A stretch of 64,000 nucleotides of DNA from an uncultured Caldisericota bacterium (GTDB lineage Bacteria > Caldisericota > Caldisericia > UBA6126). This document shows, piece after piece, positions 6,735 to 18,013 of this stretch (position 1 is the first letter of the stretch; each line of letters starts with the position of its first letter). The stretch is from contig CAYRWA010000001.1 of NCBI GenBank assembly GCA_964427915.1, positions 1,619 through 65,618 of the forward strand. The letters are read 5' to 3'. Made by a program: the position numbers and the translations under genes. Under the pieces are notes generated by a model, which had not been told where the DNA came from, did not search any database, and saw nothing but the letters and a program-made list of their open reading frames with translations.

Positions 6735-9667
6735 CAAAGCACATCGACGGACTGAATCCGTATGAAGTACGACGAGTTCTACTGGTAGCTAGTCGGTATG
6801 ATGCCTATCTTTTGGAAGAAGATGGCTCGATGGAAGATTATATTGCCAACTTATACAAAGAGAGAGAGCTTGGCTACACTCCTCAGTTTGTAAAAGCCTA
6901 TGATGAAAAAACAACCTTTCAAATCATGCAAGAATCTGTGCCCGATATTGTTATTCTGTGTATCCGTACTATAACTGCGAGCAATCGTTTGCTTGTCCAA
7001 ACCATTCAGAAAGAATACCCCACCGTTCCTATTGTTATCATTCTATACAATGAGATCAGCCAAAAGGAGTTGGATGAAAAATATGGAGATATGTCTGTTG
7101 ATCTTTTTTTATGGAATGGGGAAAGTCGTATTATTGCAAGTATTATAGAGCTCATTGAAGATAAAAAAAATGTCTTCCATGACACTCAACTTCTTCCTAT
7201 CCCAATCATTCTTTTTGTAGAAGACAATATACAGTATTATTCGTCCTATCTCAATATTCTTTACAAAACCTTATGGCATGAAACAAAAAAATTGTATCAA
7301 GACCACACCTCCTTACAAAAGAAGACTTTCCAGCAAAGAACTCGTACCAAGGTTCTTCATGCCAAAACATATGAAGAGGCCGTTCAGATTCTCGATCAAT
7401 ACCATCAACAAATCATCGGCGTAATAACCGACATGCAATATCCTATGGAAGAAGGAAGCTGTGATAAAAGCGGATTGTACCTTGCTAAGAAGATTTGGGA
7501 CTACGATCCTGTTCTCCCAATCGTCTTGCAATCAAGCACAACTTGCCATGCTGCTTGCATAGAAGAACACCCCGTTGTCTGTATTCAGAAAACTTCGAAA
7601 ACATTGCTCTCCGATATCAAAGATACACTAAAAGACTATTTTGGCTTCGGAGATTTGAAATTTTTTAATCAAGAGGGAAAAGTACTAACAAAAATACCGA
7701 CCATGCAAGTATTTGTAGAAATTATTGATTCTCTCAACAAAGATTCTTTTATGCTTTTAATCAAAAAAAGACAACTTTCTAAGTGGTTTCTTGTGCATAG
7801 TGAATTCGCCTTAGCAGAAATTGCCAAGAAGATCGAGAACGAGCCCTCCACCTTCGATCAAAAAATCCAAGCACTCAAAAAAGGCTTAAAAAAAGAACTT
7901 TACCGAGAAACAAAAGGATCTATTGTCACGTATTCTCGAAGATTTCCACTAGAAGAATGGACCATTGGTAAAATTGGAGGAGGTTCCATAGGAGGAAAAG
8001 CCCGAGGTTTGTCTTTTTTTAATCGACTTCTTACTGAAGAAAACCCCTTTTGTGATCTTCACGATATTCATATCTTCATCCCGCAGTCCATCCTTATTGG
8101 AACGGATGTTTTTGATGATTTTATTCGGTTGAATCACCTAGAAAGCATGTACGATTCGAATTTGCCTGATCGACAAGTGGCTCGAATATTTCTTCAATCC
8201 GATATTCCTCCAACGATTATTGGGGATCTTCGTTCCATTGCCCAACAATTCACAGATCCTTTGGTGGTTCGTTCCTCAAGTCTTCTCGAAGATGCCCTTT
8301 ATCATCCATTTGCAGGCATATATGCAACCAAAATGATTCCCAATAATGAATCTTCTTTTGATTTACGCTTCAATCAACTATGCAATGCAATAAAACTTGT
8401 ATATGCATCTGTTTTCTCAAAACAAGCTCGTACTTATATGGAATCTACCAACCATATCGCAGAAGATGAAAAAATGGCTGTTATTATTCAAAAAGTTGTC
8501 GGTTCCCGAAAGCAGTATAGCTTCTACCCTGAAGCATCTGGTGTGATCCGTTCCTACAATTATTATCCTTTCGAACCAGCGAAACCTGAAGATGGAATTA
8601 TGCACCTAGCAATGGGGCTAGGAAAAGCCATTGTTGATGGAGAAACTTCTTTACAGTTTTCTCCGGTGTATACAGATAAAGTGCAGCAACTATCAAATAC
8701 CGAAACTGCCCTACAGACGACTCAAAAAAAGTTTTGGTCCATCAACTTAAAACCTTACACTCGTTCATTTACCATTGATGAAGACGAATTTATGAATCTA
8801 CAACCCATTCATGTTGGGTTTAAAGATGGTTCCTTAGAGGGTATTGCGTCCACCTATTCGGCAGAAGAAGATCGACTATATGACAGCATTCATAGGACAG
8901 GACCTAGAATTATTACCTTCCACCGGCTTTTAAAATCGTCTCAGAATTCCTTTGGATCTTGTATACAAAAATTGTTAAAAATCTGTGAAGAGGCTATGGC
9001 TACTCCTGTGGAAATTGAATGTGCTTTAGAAATCCCTGCAAACTGGGATCGTATTCGCCTCGGCTTTCTGCAAGTTCGACCCATGATGAAATATGAAAAC
9101 TCTTGCAACATAGAAGTGGAAGAAATGAACCCTTCGACAACTATTTGTTATACCGATAATGCATTGGGAAATGGGCTTATAGGATCGCTATCCAATCTCG
9201 TTGTAGTCAACCCATCTTCGTTTGATCTCTCCAAAACCAGAGCTATTGTACAAGAAATTGATGAAGTCAATAAGTATTTCTCCAATTTACAAGAACAATA
9301 TGTGCTAATGGGGCCTGGTCGGTGGGGTTCTTCAGACCCGTGGCTAGGCATTCCAGTACAATGGAACCATATTTCAAACATCAAAACCTTTGTAGAATAT
9401 GACATGTCTACGATTCATATTGACCCATCTCAAGGCTCCCACTTTTTCCAGAATATTACCTCATTGCACATCGGTTATTTTACTGTGAATCAGAATAAAC
9501 CAAATCACTTTATCGATTGGAATTGGATTCAACAACAAAAGGCAACCCTGACAAAAAAGTTTGTATCTGTTTATCAGCTTCCTATGCAGTTTGACATTAA
9601 AGTAGATGGGAAAAAAAGTATAGGTATCATCACAAAACCAACCGAAAAAGGAGTTTCTGATGAGTGA
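6731..9667 (+). CDS. Tandem receiver (degenerate REC-like + canonical-looking REC) fused to a PPDK_N-type PEP/pyruvate-binding ATP-grasp dikinase-like domain and a C-terminal GPGRWGS/HFFQ module
   Basis: 978 aa. REC2: ILFVEDN...IIGVITDMQYP...PIVLQSS...IQK. ATP-grasp: GGGSIGGKARGL, LVVRSSSLLEDA, FAGIY, MAVIIQKVVG, PVEIECALE...FLQVRPM. C-terminus: GPGRWGSSDPWLGIP...GSHFFQN. No TSHAAI-type swivel motif seen. Confidence 0.8.
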   Translation: MTKHIDGLNPYEVRRVLLVASRYDAYLLEEDGSMEDYIANLYKERELGYTPQFVKAYDEKTTFQIMQESVPDIVILCIRTITASNRLLVQTIQKEYPTVPIVIILYNEISQKELDEKYGDMSVDLFLWNGESRIIASIIELIEDKKNVFHDTQLLPIPIILFVEDNIQYYSSYLNILYKTLWHETKKLYQDHTSLQKKTFQQRTRTKVLHAKTYEEAVQILDQYHQQIIGVITDMQYPMEEGSCDKSGLYLAKKIWDYDPVLPIVLQSSTTCHAACIEEHPVVCIQKTSKTLLSDIKDTLKDYFGFGDLKFFNQEGKVLTKIPTMQVFVEIIDSLNKDSFMLLIKKRQLSKWFLVHSEFALAEIAKKIENEPSTFDQKIQALKKGLKKELYRETKGSIVTYSRRFPLEEWTIGKIGGGSIGGKARGLSFFNRLLTEENPFCDLHDIHIFIPQSILIGTDVFDDFIRLNHLESMYDSNLPDRQVARIFLQSDIPPTIIGDLRSIAQQFTDPLVVRSSSLLEDALYHPFAGIYATKMIPNNESSFDLRFNQLCNAIKLVYASVFSKQARTYMESTNHIAEDEKMAVIIQKVVGSRKQYSFYPEASGVIRSYNYYPFEPAKPEDGIMHLAMGLGKAIVDGETSLQFSPVYTDKVQQLSNTETALQTTQKKFWSINLKPYTRSFTIDEDEFMNLQPIHVGFKDGSLEGIASTYSAEEDRLYDSIHRTGPRIITFHRLLKSSQNSFGSCIQKLLKICEEAMATPVEIECALEIPANWDRIRLGFLQVRPMMKYENSCNIEVEEMNPSTTICYTDNALGNGLIGSLSNLVVVNPSSFDLSKTRAIVQEIDEVNKYFSNLQEQYVLMGPGRWGSSDPWLGIPVQWNHISNIKTFVEYDMSTIHIDPSQGSHFFQNITSLHIGYFTVNQNKPNHFIDWNWIQQQKATLTKKFVSVYQLPMQFDIKVDGKKSIGIITKPTEKGVSDE

Positions 9668-11963
9668 AAAACAAGAATGGAAGATTATTATTGAATTGTT
9701 GAAATACACGGACCCAATCCTCATAAACCGTTTGGGTAGAAAAATGATGCACTATTTGTACAAGTGTCATATTAAAAGAATTGAAGAGTTAATGAAAGAA
9801 ATTGAGGCGAACTCCAATTCATATGCCGAGAACAAAGTAAAAAATGACAATGTACCCATTCCCAGGGTTGAAGCCGACTTTCTTCAGCAAATGATTGAAC
9901 GAGTTTTTCAAATTGCTGAGGAAGAGCTCTCCTCGGAACGAATCACACAAATGATCAAACTGTGGTTAAAACACGAAAAAGCAAGATTTTTAACTATGAC
10001 TGCTGAAAAAAGAGATGTGCCCCTAGCAGACATAACCAATGCTGTTTTTAAGTTTGCCAGTGTAAAGGATTCTGTTTCGTATTTGTCCAAAGAGGAAAAT
10101 ATTGGAATTCGCGTTGCTTTTATTCGTCGTTTTCTTAGCGATGATCTTCATTTTATTAACACATCAAAAGACTATTTTGTCGTGCCTGATTTTATTGATA
10201 TTCTATCTCATACAATCGGTCCTAGAAGAGGCAATGGAAAACTAGGAGGTAAAGCAGCTGGCTTTTTACGAGCAAGAAACATTTTACGTGAAGCAAAAAA
10301 AGACTATGTTTCAATTCGAAATTTAGCCATCCCGAAAACATGGTATTTGACCTCTGATGGCATCATTGACTTTCTACACTTCAATGCACTAGAAGAAGCT
10401 CCTAATATAAAATATCGGAAGCCCATTGAAATCAAACAAGAATACCCGTATTTGGAACAAATATTCAAGAATTCTACAATTCCGCCAGAAATTGTAGCAA
10501 GCTTAAACTATGCTTTGGATGACCTTGGAGAGAACCCCCTTATTGTGCGGTCTTCTAGTCTATTAGAAGACAGTTCCAACGCTTCGTTTGCGGGAAAATA
10601 CAAAAGTCTTTTTGTTGCAAATCAAGGTACCAAAAAAGAGCGCCTAGAATCTCTGATTGATGCAATCTTGGAAGTATATGCCAGTGTTTTTGGGCCAGAT
10701 CCTATTGAATATAGAAGAGAAAAAGGACTGTTGGACTTCAATGAAGAAATGGCTGTTCTTATACAAGAAGTGGTAGGACGAAAAATTGGAAAATATTTCT
10801 TTCCTGCTTTTGCGGGAGTTGCATTTAGCCAAAATGAATTTCGATGGTCTCCACGAATCAAGAGAGAAGACGGGATTGCTCGCATTGTGGCAGGTTTAGG
10901 GACGCGTGCTGTAGACCGTGTAGACAATGATTATCCTGCCCTTATCAGTCCAGGACAACCAAACTTACGAGTCAATGTGGATGCGCAAGATAAGCTGCGG
11001 TACTCTCAAAGAAACATTGATGTAATCAATCTTCTTAGCAAACAATTCGAAACTCTCTCGTTTGAAAAACTAATTCGGGAAGTAGGATACAACTACCCTT
11101 CCATCAATCAAATCATATCTTTGTATCGAGATGGTAATTTATTTACTCCAACAGGTAATATGTTCAATATTCACGAGGACACACCGATTGTCACTTTTGA
11201 TCGACTGTTAAAGGACGGTCCATTTATTCATCAAATCAGGGATATTTTATCCATTCTTCAAGAAAAATTAGAGATTCCGGTCGATATTGAGTTTGCTTGT
11301 GATGGCGATATTCACAAATTGTACCTTCTTCAATGCAGGCCTCAAAGCTATATTAAGTTTTCCCAAGAAATTCACATCCCCAAGAACATACCTGATGATA
11401 AAATTCTGTTTTCCAATCATCAGACTATCTCTTCTGGAGAAATATTTGGTATAGAGTATATTGTATATATTGACCCCGTAGAGTATGGCAATCTCCCCTC
11501 CTATGAAGGTTTACTAGAAATTGGAAAAATTGTCGGAAAACTCAACCAAGTATTGCCCAGACGGAAGTTTATCCTTATTGGTCCTGGTAGATGGGGCAGC
11601 AGAGGAGATATCAAGCTAGGGGTTTCCATTGGTTATAGTGACATTAATAACACTGCTTTATTGGTAGAAGTTGCTAAAATGCAACAGAATTATGTTCCCG
11701 AACTCTCTTTTGGAACACACTTTTTCCAAGATTTAGTGGAAGCTCAAATTCAGTACTTACCGATTTACATCGGACAAGAACAAACGATTTTTCATGAAGA
11801 ATTCTTTCAACAAAACAATGTGTTGAAAAAATTGGTACCCGACGCTGGCAAATATGATTCCGTTGTTCGCGTTATTCACATTTCCCAACAAATGCCTGAA
11901 CAAACACTTACTATCTTGATGGACGAAGAAGAAGCGAAGGCTGTTGGGTTCTTCCAACCCTAA
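9660..11963 (+). CDS. PPDK_N-type PEP/pyruvate-binding ATP-grasp dikinase-like protein, paralogue of the upstream gene without receiver domains
   Basis: 767 aa. Motifs GNGKLGGKAAGF, LIVRSSSLLEDS, FAGKYKS, MAVLIQEVVG, PVDIEFACDG...YLLQCRPQ, GPGRWGSRGDIKLGV...GTHFFQD. SD AAAGGAG; ATG 9660 overlaps the upstream stop (ATGAGTGA). Confidence 0.8.
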   Translation: MSEKQEWKIIIELLKYTDPILINRLGRKMMHYLYKCHIKRIEELMKEIEANSNSYAENKVKNDNVPIPRVEADFLQQMIERVFQIAEEELSSERITQMIKLWLKHEKARFLTMTAEKRDVPLADITNAVFKFASVKDSVSYLSKEENIGIRVAFIRRFLSDDLHFINTSKDYFVVPDFIDILSHTIGPRRGNGKLGGKAAGFLRARNILREAKKDYVSIRNLAIPKTWYLTSDGIIDFLHFNALEEAPNIKYRKPIEIKQEYPYLEQIFKNSTIPPEIVASLNYALDDLGENPLIVRSSSLLEDSSNASFAGKYKSLFVANQGTKKERLESLIDAILEVYASVFGPDPIEYRREKGLLDFNEEMAVLIQEVVGRKIGKYFFPAFAGVAFSQNEFRWSPRIKREDGIARIVAGLGTRAVDRVDNDYPALISPGQPNLRVNVDAQDKLRYSQRNIDVINLLSKQFETLSFEKLIREVGYNYPSINQIISLYRDGNLFTPTGNMFNIHEDTPIVTFDRLLKDGPFIHQIRDILSILQEKLEIPVDIEFACDGDIHKLYLLQCRPQSYIKFSQEIHIPKNIPDDKILFSNHQTISSGEIFGIEYIVYIDPVEYGNLPSYEGLLEIGKIVGKLNQVLPRRKFILIGPGRWGSRGDIKLGVSIGYSDINNTALLVEVAKMQQNYVPELSFGTHFFQDLVEAQIQYLPIYIGQEQTIFHEEFFQQNNVLKKLVPDAGKYDSVVRVIHISQQMPEQTLTILMDEEEAKAVGFFQP

Positions 11964-12007
11964 AGTAAGGTTCGAAAAAAAAATATTACCATTTTTTTTT
12001 ATTTTCA

Positions 12008-12036
12008 TTGACATTTTTGCACGCCCTATTTACACT
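12008..12036 (+). promoter_or_regulatory. Candidate sigma-70-type promoter for gdhA
   Basis: TTGACA (12008-12013), 17-nt spacer, TACACT (12031-12036). Confidence 0.35.
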
Positions 12037-12095
12037 GAAAAATAGCTCTTTATAAGTTTTTCTGAAGAGGTATATAAGGAGCTGTTTTGGTGTGA

Positions 12096-13481
<1,386 letters not shown>

Positions 13482-13507
13482 GATTTTTAGCTTGCTACTC
13501 TAAGAAT

Positions 13508-13545
13508 AAAAAAAAAGCTGCTTCTGAGAGCAGCTTTTTTTTTTC
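13508..13545 (+). terminator. Rho-independent terminator after gdhA
   Basis: AAAAAAAAAGCTGCT-TCTGAG-AGCAGCTTTTTTTTTT. Confidence 0.8.
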
Positions 13546-13589
13546 GTTTTTTTCAGTATGATCTAGTTAAAAATGTCAGGAGGATTGAA

Positions 13590-14723
13590 ATGCGTAAACC
13601 AGTTCTTTTAACTCCAGGACCGACTCAGGTTCCGGAAGAAGTTTTAGCATCTGCTTCTTTACCGATCATGCATCATCGCACCCCACAATTTGAAGCTATT
13701 TTTGCGGAGGCTGCTGAAAATTTAAAATACATTTTTCAGACAGAAAACCCCGTCATAATGTTGACATCTTCAGGTACAGGTGCTTTGGAATCTTCTGTAA
13801 TCAATCTTTGTTCGCCCGGGGACAAAGTAATTGCCGTCAATGGTGGTAAATTTGGTGAACGTTGGATTGAATTATGCCAAGTGTATAACCTTGATCTAGT
13901 TGAAATTAAAATCCCATGGCATCGAACAGTAAAACCAGAAGAAATTGAAAAAGCATTGCAAGACAACCCTGATGCCAAAGCTGTTTTTACAACACTTTCG
14001 GAAACGTCCAGTGGTGGCGTCACGGACATAGAGGGTATCGCAAAACTTACTCGATCTTCCTCTGTTATTCTTGTTGTAGATGCTGTTTCTGGCTTGGGAG
14101 TAACCCCTTTGTATACCGACAAGTGGGGAATTGATGTTGTAGTATCTGGTTCTCAAAAGGGGTTCATGTTGCCACCCGGACTAGCTTTCATTACTATGAA
14201 TGAAAAAGCTCGAAAAGCAATGGAAACCTCAACATTACCGAAGTATTATTTTGATTTGAAGAAAGCTTACAAAAATGCCGAGAAAAATACCACTCCCTGG
14301 ACTCCTGCTATTAGCATTATTGTACAACTCAATATTGCACTTCGGATGATGAAAGAAGAAGGTATTGAAAACGTATATGCTCGCCATCACAAACTATCAG
14401 AAGCAATCAGACAGGGTGTAAAAGCTTTGGGGTTAACTCTATATAATGAAGATACAGGCGATTGCTGTATTGCTGTCAATATCCCCGATGGAGTCGATGG
14501 TAGTAAGTTCGTCAAGCTTGCTCGTGACAAATATCAAGTAACCTTCGCCGGTGGCCAGGGGAGCTTGAAAGGAAATATTTTCCGTATTTCCGCTATGGGA
14601 AATGTGGGTCCTAACGATGTCATTTTAGGTCTTGCAACCATTGAAAGAGTTTTGGCGGAACTTGGTTATTCCTTTGAAAAAGGCAAAGGAATTGCTGCTG
14701 CTATTTGTTCTCTATCCAAGTAA
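13590..14723 (+). CDS. Class-V PLP aminotransferase (serine-pyruvate / alanine-glyoxylate / archaeal-type phosphoserine aminotransferase family)
   Basis: 377 aa. Motifs LTPGPT, SSGTGALE, VVDAVSGLG, SGSQKGFMLPPG (PLP lysine). SD AGGAGG. Sits next to the serA-like gene. Confidence 0.85.
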   Translation: MRKPVLLTPGPTQVPEEVLASASLPIMHHRTPQFEAIFAEAAENLKYIFQTENPVIMLTSSGTGALESSVINLCSPGDKVIAVNGGKFGERWIELCQVYNLDLVEIKIPWHRTVKPEEIEKALQDNPDAKAVFTTLSETSSGGVTDIEGIAKLTRSSSVILVVDAVSGLGVTPLYTDKWGIDVVVSGSQKGFMLPPGLAFITMNEKARKAMETSTLPKYYFDLKKAYKNAEKNTTPWTPAISIIVQLNIALRMMKEEGIENVYARHHKLSEAIRQGVKALGLTLYNEDTGDCCIAVNIPDGVDGSKFVKLARDKYQVTFAGGQGSLKGNIFRISAMGNVGPNDVILGLATIERVLAELGYSFEKGKGIAAAICSLSK

Positions 14724-14735
14724 AGGAGATAATCA

Positions 14736-15644
14736 ATGAAACGAATTCTCATTGCTGACCCTCTTGCCAAAGAAGGTATCGAAGAACTGAAGTCGTTTGG
14801 AATCTTTGAAGTCGTTGAAAAAACAGATATTAGTCAAGAAGATCTCTGCCAAGAAATTGGTCAGTACAATGCAGTTGTAGTTCGATCGAGAACCAAGATT
14901 TACAAAGAAACATTGGAAAATGCTGGCAATCTTGAACTGATCGTTCGGGGTGGAGTAGGAACTGACAATATTGACAAAACAACAGCTAAAGAAAAGAATA
15001 TTGTTGTAAAAAACACTCCCTTGGCATCTTCTATATCGGTAGCTGAATTGGTTATCGGTATGGCGCTAGCAGGTATGCGAGGTTTGGTAGATGCAACCGT
15101 TTCCACCAAAAAAGGTCTTTGGGAGAAAAAGAAGTTTAAAGGTCTGGAACTCTATGGCAAAACACTGGGTATTATTGGACTAGGCAATATTGGCAAAGAA
15201 ACCGCAAAAAGAGCCGTTGCCTTAGGCATGAAAGTTATTGCCCATGATCCTGTTGTAACCTTGTGTGCAATTGAAGGCGTTGTTTTAACAACATTAGACA
15301 CGGTAAATACAGATGCCGATATCATCTCTGTAAATTGTCCAAAAACAGACTGTACAAGCCATTTAATAGACTCTTCTTTTATGGCAAAAATGAAAGATGG
15401 GGCTGCTATCATCAATTGTTCACGGGGAGGCATCGTGGTAGAACAAGACCTTGTAGATGCTCTTCGGTCTGGAAAAATTTCCTTTGCAGGAATCGATGTA
15501 TATGAAAAAGAGCCTGCTAAAGACAATCCTTTGTTTGCAATGGAAAATGTTATCCTTACACCGCACATTGGTGCACAAACCAAAGAAGGACAAACGCGAG
15601 TTGGAGTAGAAGTAGCCTCCGTTATTCACGATTTCTTTAAATAA
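14736..15644 (+). CDS. serA: D-3-phosphoglycerate dehydrogenase-like D-2-hydroxyacid dehydrogenase, short form without ACT domain
   Basis: 302 aa. Motifs GIIGLGNIGKETAKRA (NAD), INCSRGGIV, TPHIGAQT. SD AAGGAG. Confidence 0.8.
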   Translation: MKRILIADPLAKEGIEELKSFGIFEVVEKTDISQEDLCQEIGQYNAVVVRSRTKIYKETLENAGNLELIVRGGVGTDNIDKTTAKEKNIVVKNTPLASSISVAELVIGMALAGMRGLVDATVSTKKGLWEKKKFKGLELYGKTLGIIGLGNIGKETAKRAVALGMKVIAHDPVVTLCAIEGVVLTTLDTVNTDADIISVNCPKTDCTSHLIDSSFMAKMKDGAAIINCSRGGIVVEQDLVDALRSGKISFAGIDVYEKEPAKDNPLFAMENVILTPHIGAQTKEGQTRVGVEVASVIHDFFK

Positions 15645-15674
15645 AGCACATTTGTTCGTTTGCCTTTTCATATA

Positions 15675-15711
15675 AAACCCAGATTTGCATAGCTGCAGTC
15701 TGGGTTTTTTT
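15675..15711. terminator. Bidirectional terminator shared by convergent serA-like and comM genes
   Basis: AAACCCAGA...TCTGGGTTTTTTT with an inner TGCA/TGCA mini-stem. The T-run overlaps the comM stop codon (15710-15712). Confidence 0.7.
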
Positions 15712-17245
15712 ATTCTTCTTTTCGCATTCTGTATTGCAATGCTTCACAAATATCGTCCATTTGAATTGTATCAGATGAACGCATATCTGCGATTGTACGG
15801 GCTACTTTCAACACTTTCATATGACCTCTCCCAGACAAAGAAAGCTTTCTACTCACTTCGGTAAAAAACACTTCTGTTTCAGAATCCAGCTTGCATACTC
15901 TTCGCAAAGCATTGGAATCCATTTCAGCATTGTAGTGAAAAGAGTCATTTTTGTACCGTTTCTTCTGAATCGCATGACATTGCTGAACCCTATTTTGAAT
16001 GGTAGAGGAAGATTCCGACGATTTCATTTGAAGGAGCTTCTTTGGATCAACACGCAATACTTCACTAACAATATCAATACGATCCATAATGGGTCCTTGA
16101 ATCTTCGCTTGGTATTTTTGAATCTGCGAGGGAGTGCAGGTGCAGTTTTTTTGCGTATCCCCATAGTACCCGCAAGGACAAGGGTTCATAGCAGCAACAA
16201 GCATAAATCGTGAAGGCCACTGAACACTACTATGAACCCTTGAGATTGTAATAAAACCGTCTTCTAATGGTTGTCTAAGGGCGTGGATGACATGCCTTTG
16301 AAACTCTGGAAATTCGTCTAAAAATAGTACTCCGCGATGTGCATAAGAGATTTCACCTGGTTTCGGTTTTGTCCCGCCACCCATCAGAGAAGAAAGAGAA
16401 GCAGAGTGGTGAGGTGTGCGGAACGGACGATGCTGAATCAAACCACCCTTTTTAGCAAGCAAACCGGCAGAACTATAAATTCTTGATACTTCCACCGATT
16501 CGTCAAAATGTAATGGTGGCAATATGGTTGGGATTCTTCTTGCAAGCATGGTTTTCCCCGTACCCGGAGGGCCTACAAAGAGCAAATTATGCATTCCGCT
16601 TGCAGCTACCTCGATGGCTCTTTTGGCAAACTCCTGCCCAATTGTATCTCTCATGTCGTCACTACTTTCCTTTTCAGGAGCAAATTGCACACGAGGAAGC
16701 TGCCACGAAAAATTCTTCGAACGTATAGAATCAATAGCGTTTTGTAAAGAAGAAGCAGGAATCAATTGCAAGGAAGAATACACAATTTCTTGGATATTTT
16801 CAGATGGAAAACAGAATACGGGTATGTTTTTTTCACACAACCGTTGACAAAGGTCATACAAATAACAATTCATGGATAAAATTCCATTTACTTCGCGCAA
16901 AGATCCATCCAATGACAATTCCCCAACAAAATAATAGGAATCCGAATCCAATGTGGGTATCTGTCCAGACGCTACTAAAATGCCAATAGCAATAGGAAGA
17001 TCAAAACAGGCACCTTCCTTTTTGATATCTGCTGGTGCTAAATTCACGGTGATTCGGTGTGTAGGAAATTGATAGCCGTTGTTCTTTAAAGCAGATCGAA
17101 CTCGCTCTCGTGATTCTTGAACAGCAACATCAGGAAGTCCTACAATAGAAAAAGATGGCAAACCGCGTTGTGTGATGTCTACTTCTACGTCAATTGGAAC
17201 CGGTTCAAGGCCTTGCAATGCAAAGCTTTTTACTTTTACGAGCAT
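15710..17245 (-). CDS. comM: Mg-chelatase-like AAA+ protein YifB/ComM
   Basis: ORF track gives 15710..17251 (GTG). ATG 17245 has GGGGAG 5 nt upstream. Walker A GPPGTGKTMLA, LFLDEFPEF, Lon-like N-terminal domain. Confidence 0.9.
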   Translation of the reverse strand: MLVKVKSFALQGLEPVPIDVEVDITQRGLPSFSIVGLPDVAVQESRERVRSALKNNGYQFPTHRITVNLAPADIKKEGACFDLPIAIGILVASGQIPTLDSDSYYFVGELSLDGSLREVNGILSMNCYLYDLCQRLCEKNIPVFCFPSENIQEIVYSSLQLIPASSLQNAIDSIRSKNFSWQLPRVQFAPEKESSDDMRDTIGQEFAKRAIEVAASGMHNLLFVGPPGTGKTMLARRIPTILPPLHFDESVEVSRIYSSAGLLAKKGGLIQHRPFRTPHHSASLSSLMGGGTKPKPGEISYAHRGVLFLDEFPEFQRHVIHALRQPLEDGFITISRVHSSVQWPSRFMLVAAMNPCPCGYYGDTQKNCTCTPSQIQKYQAKIQGPIMDRIDIVSEVLRVDPKKLLQMKSSESSSTIQNRVQQCHAIQKKRYKNDSFHYNAEMDSNALRRVCKLDSETEVFFTEVSRKLSLSGRGHMKVLKVARTIADMRSSDTIQMDDICEALQYRMRKEE

Positions 17246-17906
17246 TCCCACTCCCCTGTTTTGTTATTACTTTCCTTTGTAAAACAACGATATGTTTCTC
17301 GGTTGTGCGTGATTGATAAGCCTTTTGTTCCATTATTTCCCATAAAGAATGTGGCTGCAAAAATGAAGAAACTTCTTTTGGATCTTTCCAGAAAACAGCT
17401 TTACCTTCCGGCGATAAGGACTGGTCAAAGAAAGGACTCAGATACGCCACAGAACCTACCCCTCTAGCAGAAAAAACTGTACAGTTGTGCATGATACTCT
17501 GGGTATTTACTACATTCTCTGCTCGGTCATGTATGACGTGAACATTGTTTATTGTAGCCTCAATGGTGGCATACAACAGAAAGCTGTATTTTTTACGAAT
17601 TGACTCTACTAGGTAAAATGTAAAATGAGGGAAAAGTATGGCTGCAACAATTCCGGGGAATCCTCCACCGGATCCAACATCAATCCATTTTTGATGGGTT
17701 GTTGGAATCCAAGAACAATTCATGAGCTGCATAGAATCTTGTAGATGAGAGTAAACAAGTTCATCATCACTCTCGTTGGAGACAAGATTCATGTGAGGAT
17801 TCACTTTTTGAACTAGCAAAAGAAATGTCAAAAGTTTCTCTTTTTGTTCTTCAGAAAGAATCCACTTATTTGTCATTAAAAATGGTACTAATGTTTCTTC
17901 TATCAT
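17205..17906 (-). CDS. rsmG: 16S rRNA (guanine527-N7)-methyltransferase
   Basis: 233 aa. SAM motif IDVGSGGGFPGIV. The 3' end overlaps the comM start by about 41-47 nt. Confidence 0.85.
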   Translation of the reverse strand: MIEETLVPFLMTNKWILSEEQKEKLLTFLLLVQKVNPHMNLVSNESDDELVYSHLQDSMQLMNCSWIPTTHQKWIDVGSGGGFPGIVAAILFPHFTFYLVESIRKKYSFLLYATIEATINNVHVIHDRAENVVNTQSIMHNCTVFSARGVGSVAYLSPFFDQSLSPEGKAVFWKDPKEVSSFLQPHSLWEIMEQKAYQSRTTEKHIVVLQRKVITKQGSGNARKSKKLCIARP

Positions 17907-17948
17907 TGATTCACCAATTTTGTATTATACCATATAAATATTGACTTA

Positions 17949-17976
17949 TTGACGATTCACTGGATTAAAATATAAT
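17949..17976 (+). promoter_or_regulatory. Candidate sigma-70-type promoter for secDF
   Basis: TTGACG (17949-17954), 16-nt spacer, TATAAT (17971-17976). Confidence 0.45.
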
Positions 17977-18013
17977 AGTTATTTGTTTGAATCTCACGAG
18001 AAAGGGTGATCCT

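Noticed and set aside
12076-12095. AAGGAG, 5-nt spacer, then TTG-GTG-TGA (a two-codon start-stop element) in the gdhA leader
   Set aside because: It is only a minimal ORF with non-ATG starts. One SD-like hexamer in a 100-nt leader can arise by chance, and I have no conservation evidence. It is worth a look only if Ribo-seq data exist.
13736-16213. Long antisense ORFs: 13736..14122 (128 aa), 15152..15583 (143 aa) and 15821..16213 (130 aa). Others include 23490..23873, 30030..30539 (169 aa), 49486..49935 (149 aa), 59287..59649 and 60175..60576
   Set aside because: Each lies opposite a confidently recognised gene. None has an SD or a recognisable motif, and all have odd low-complexity composition typical of shadow frames.
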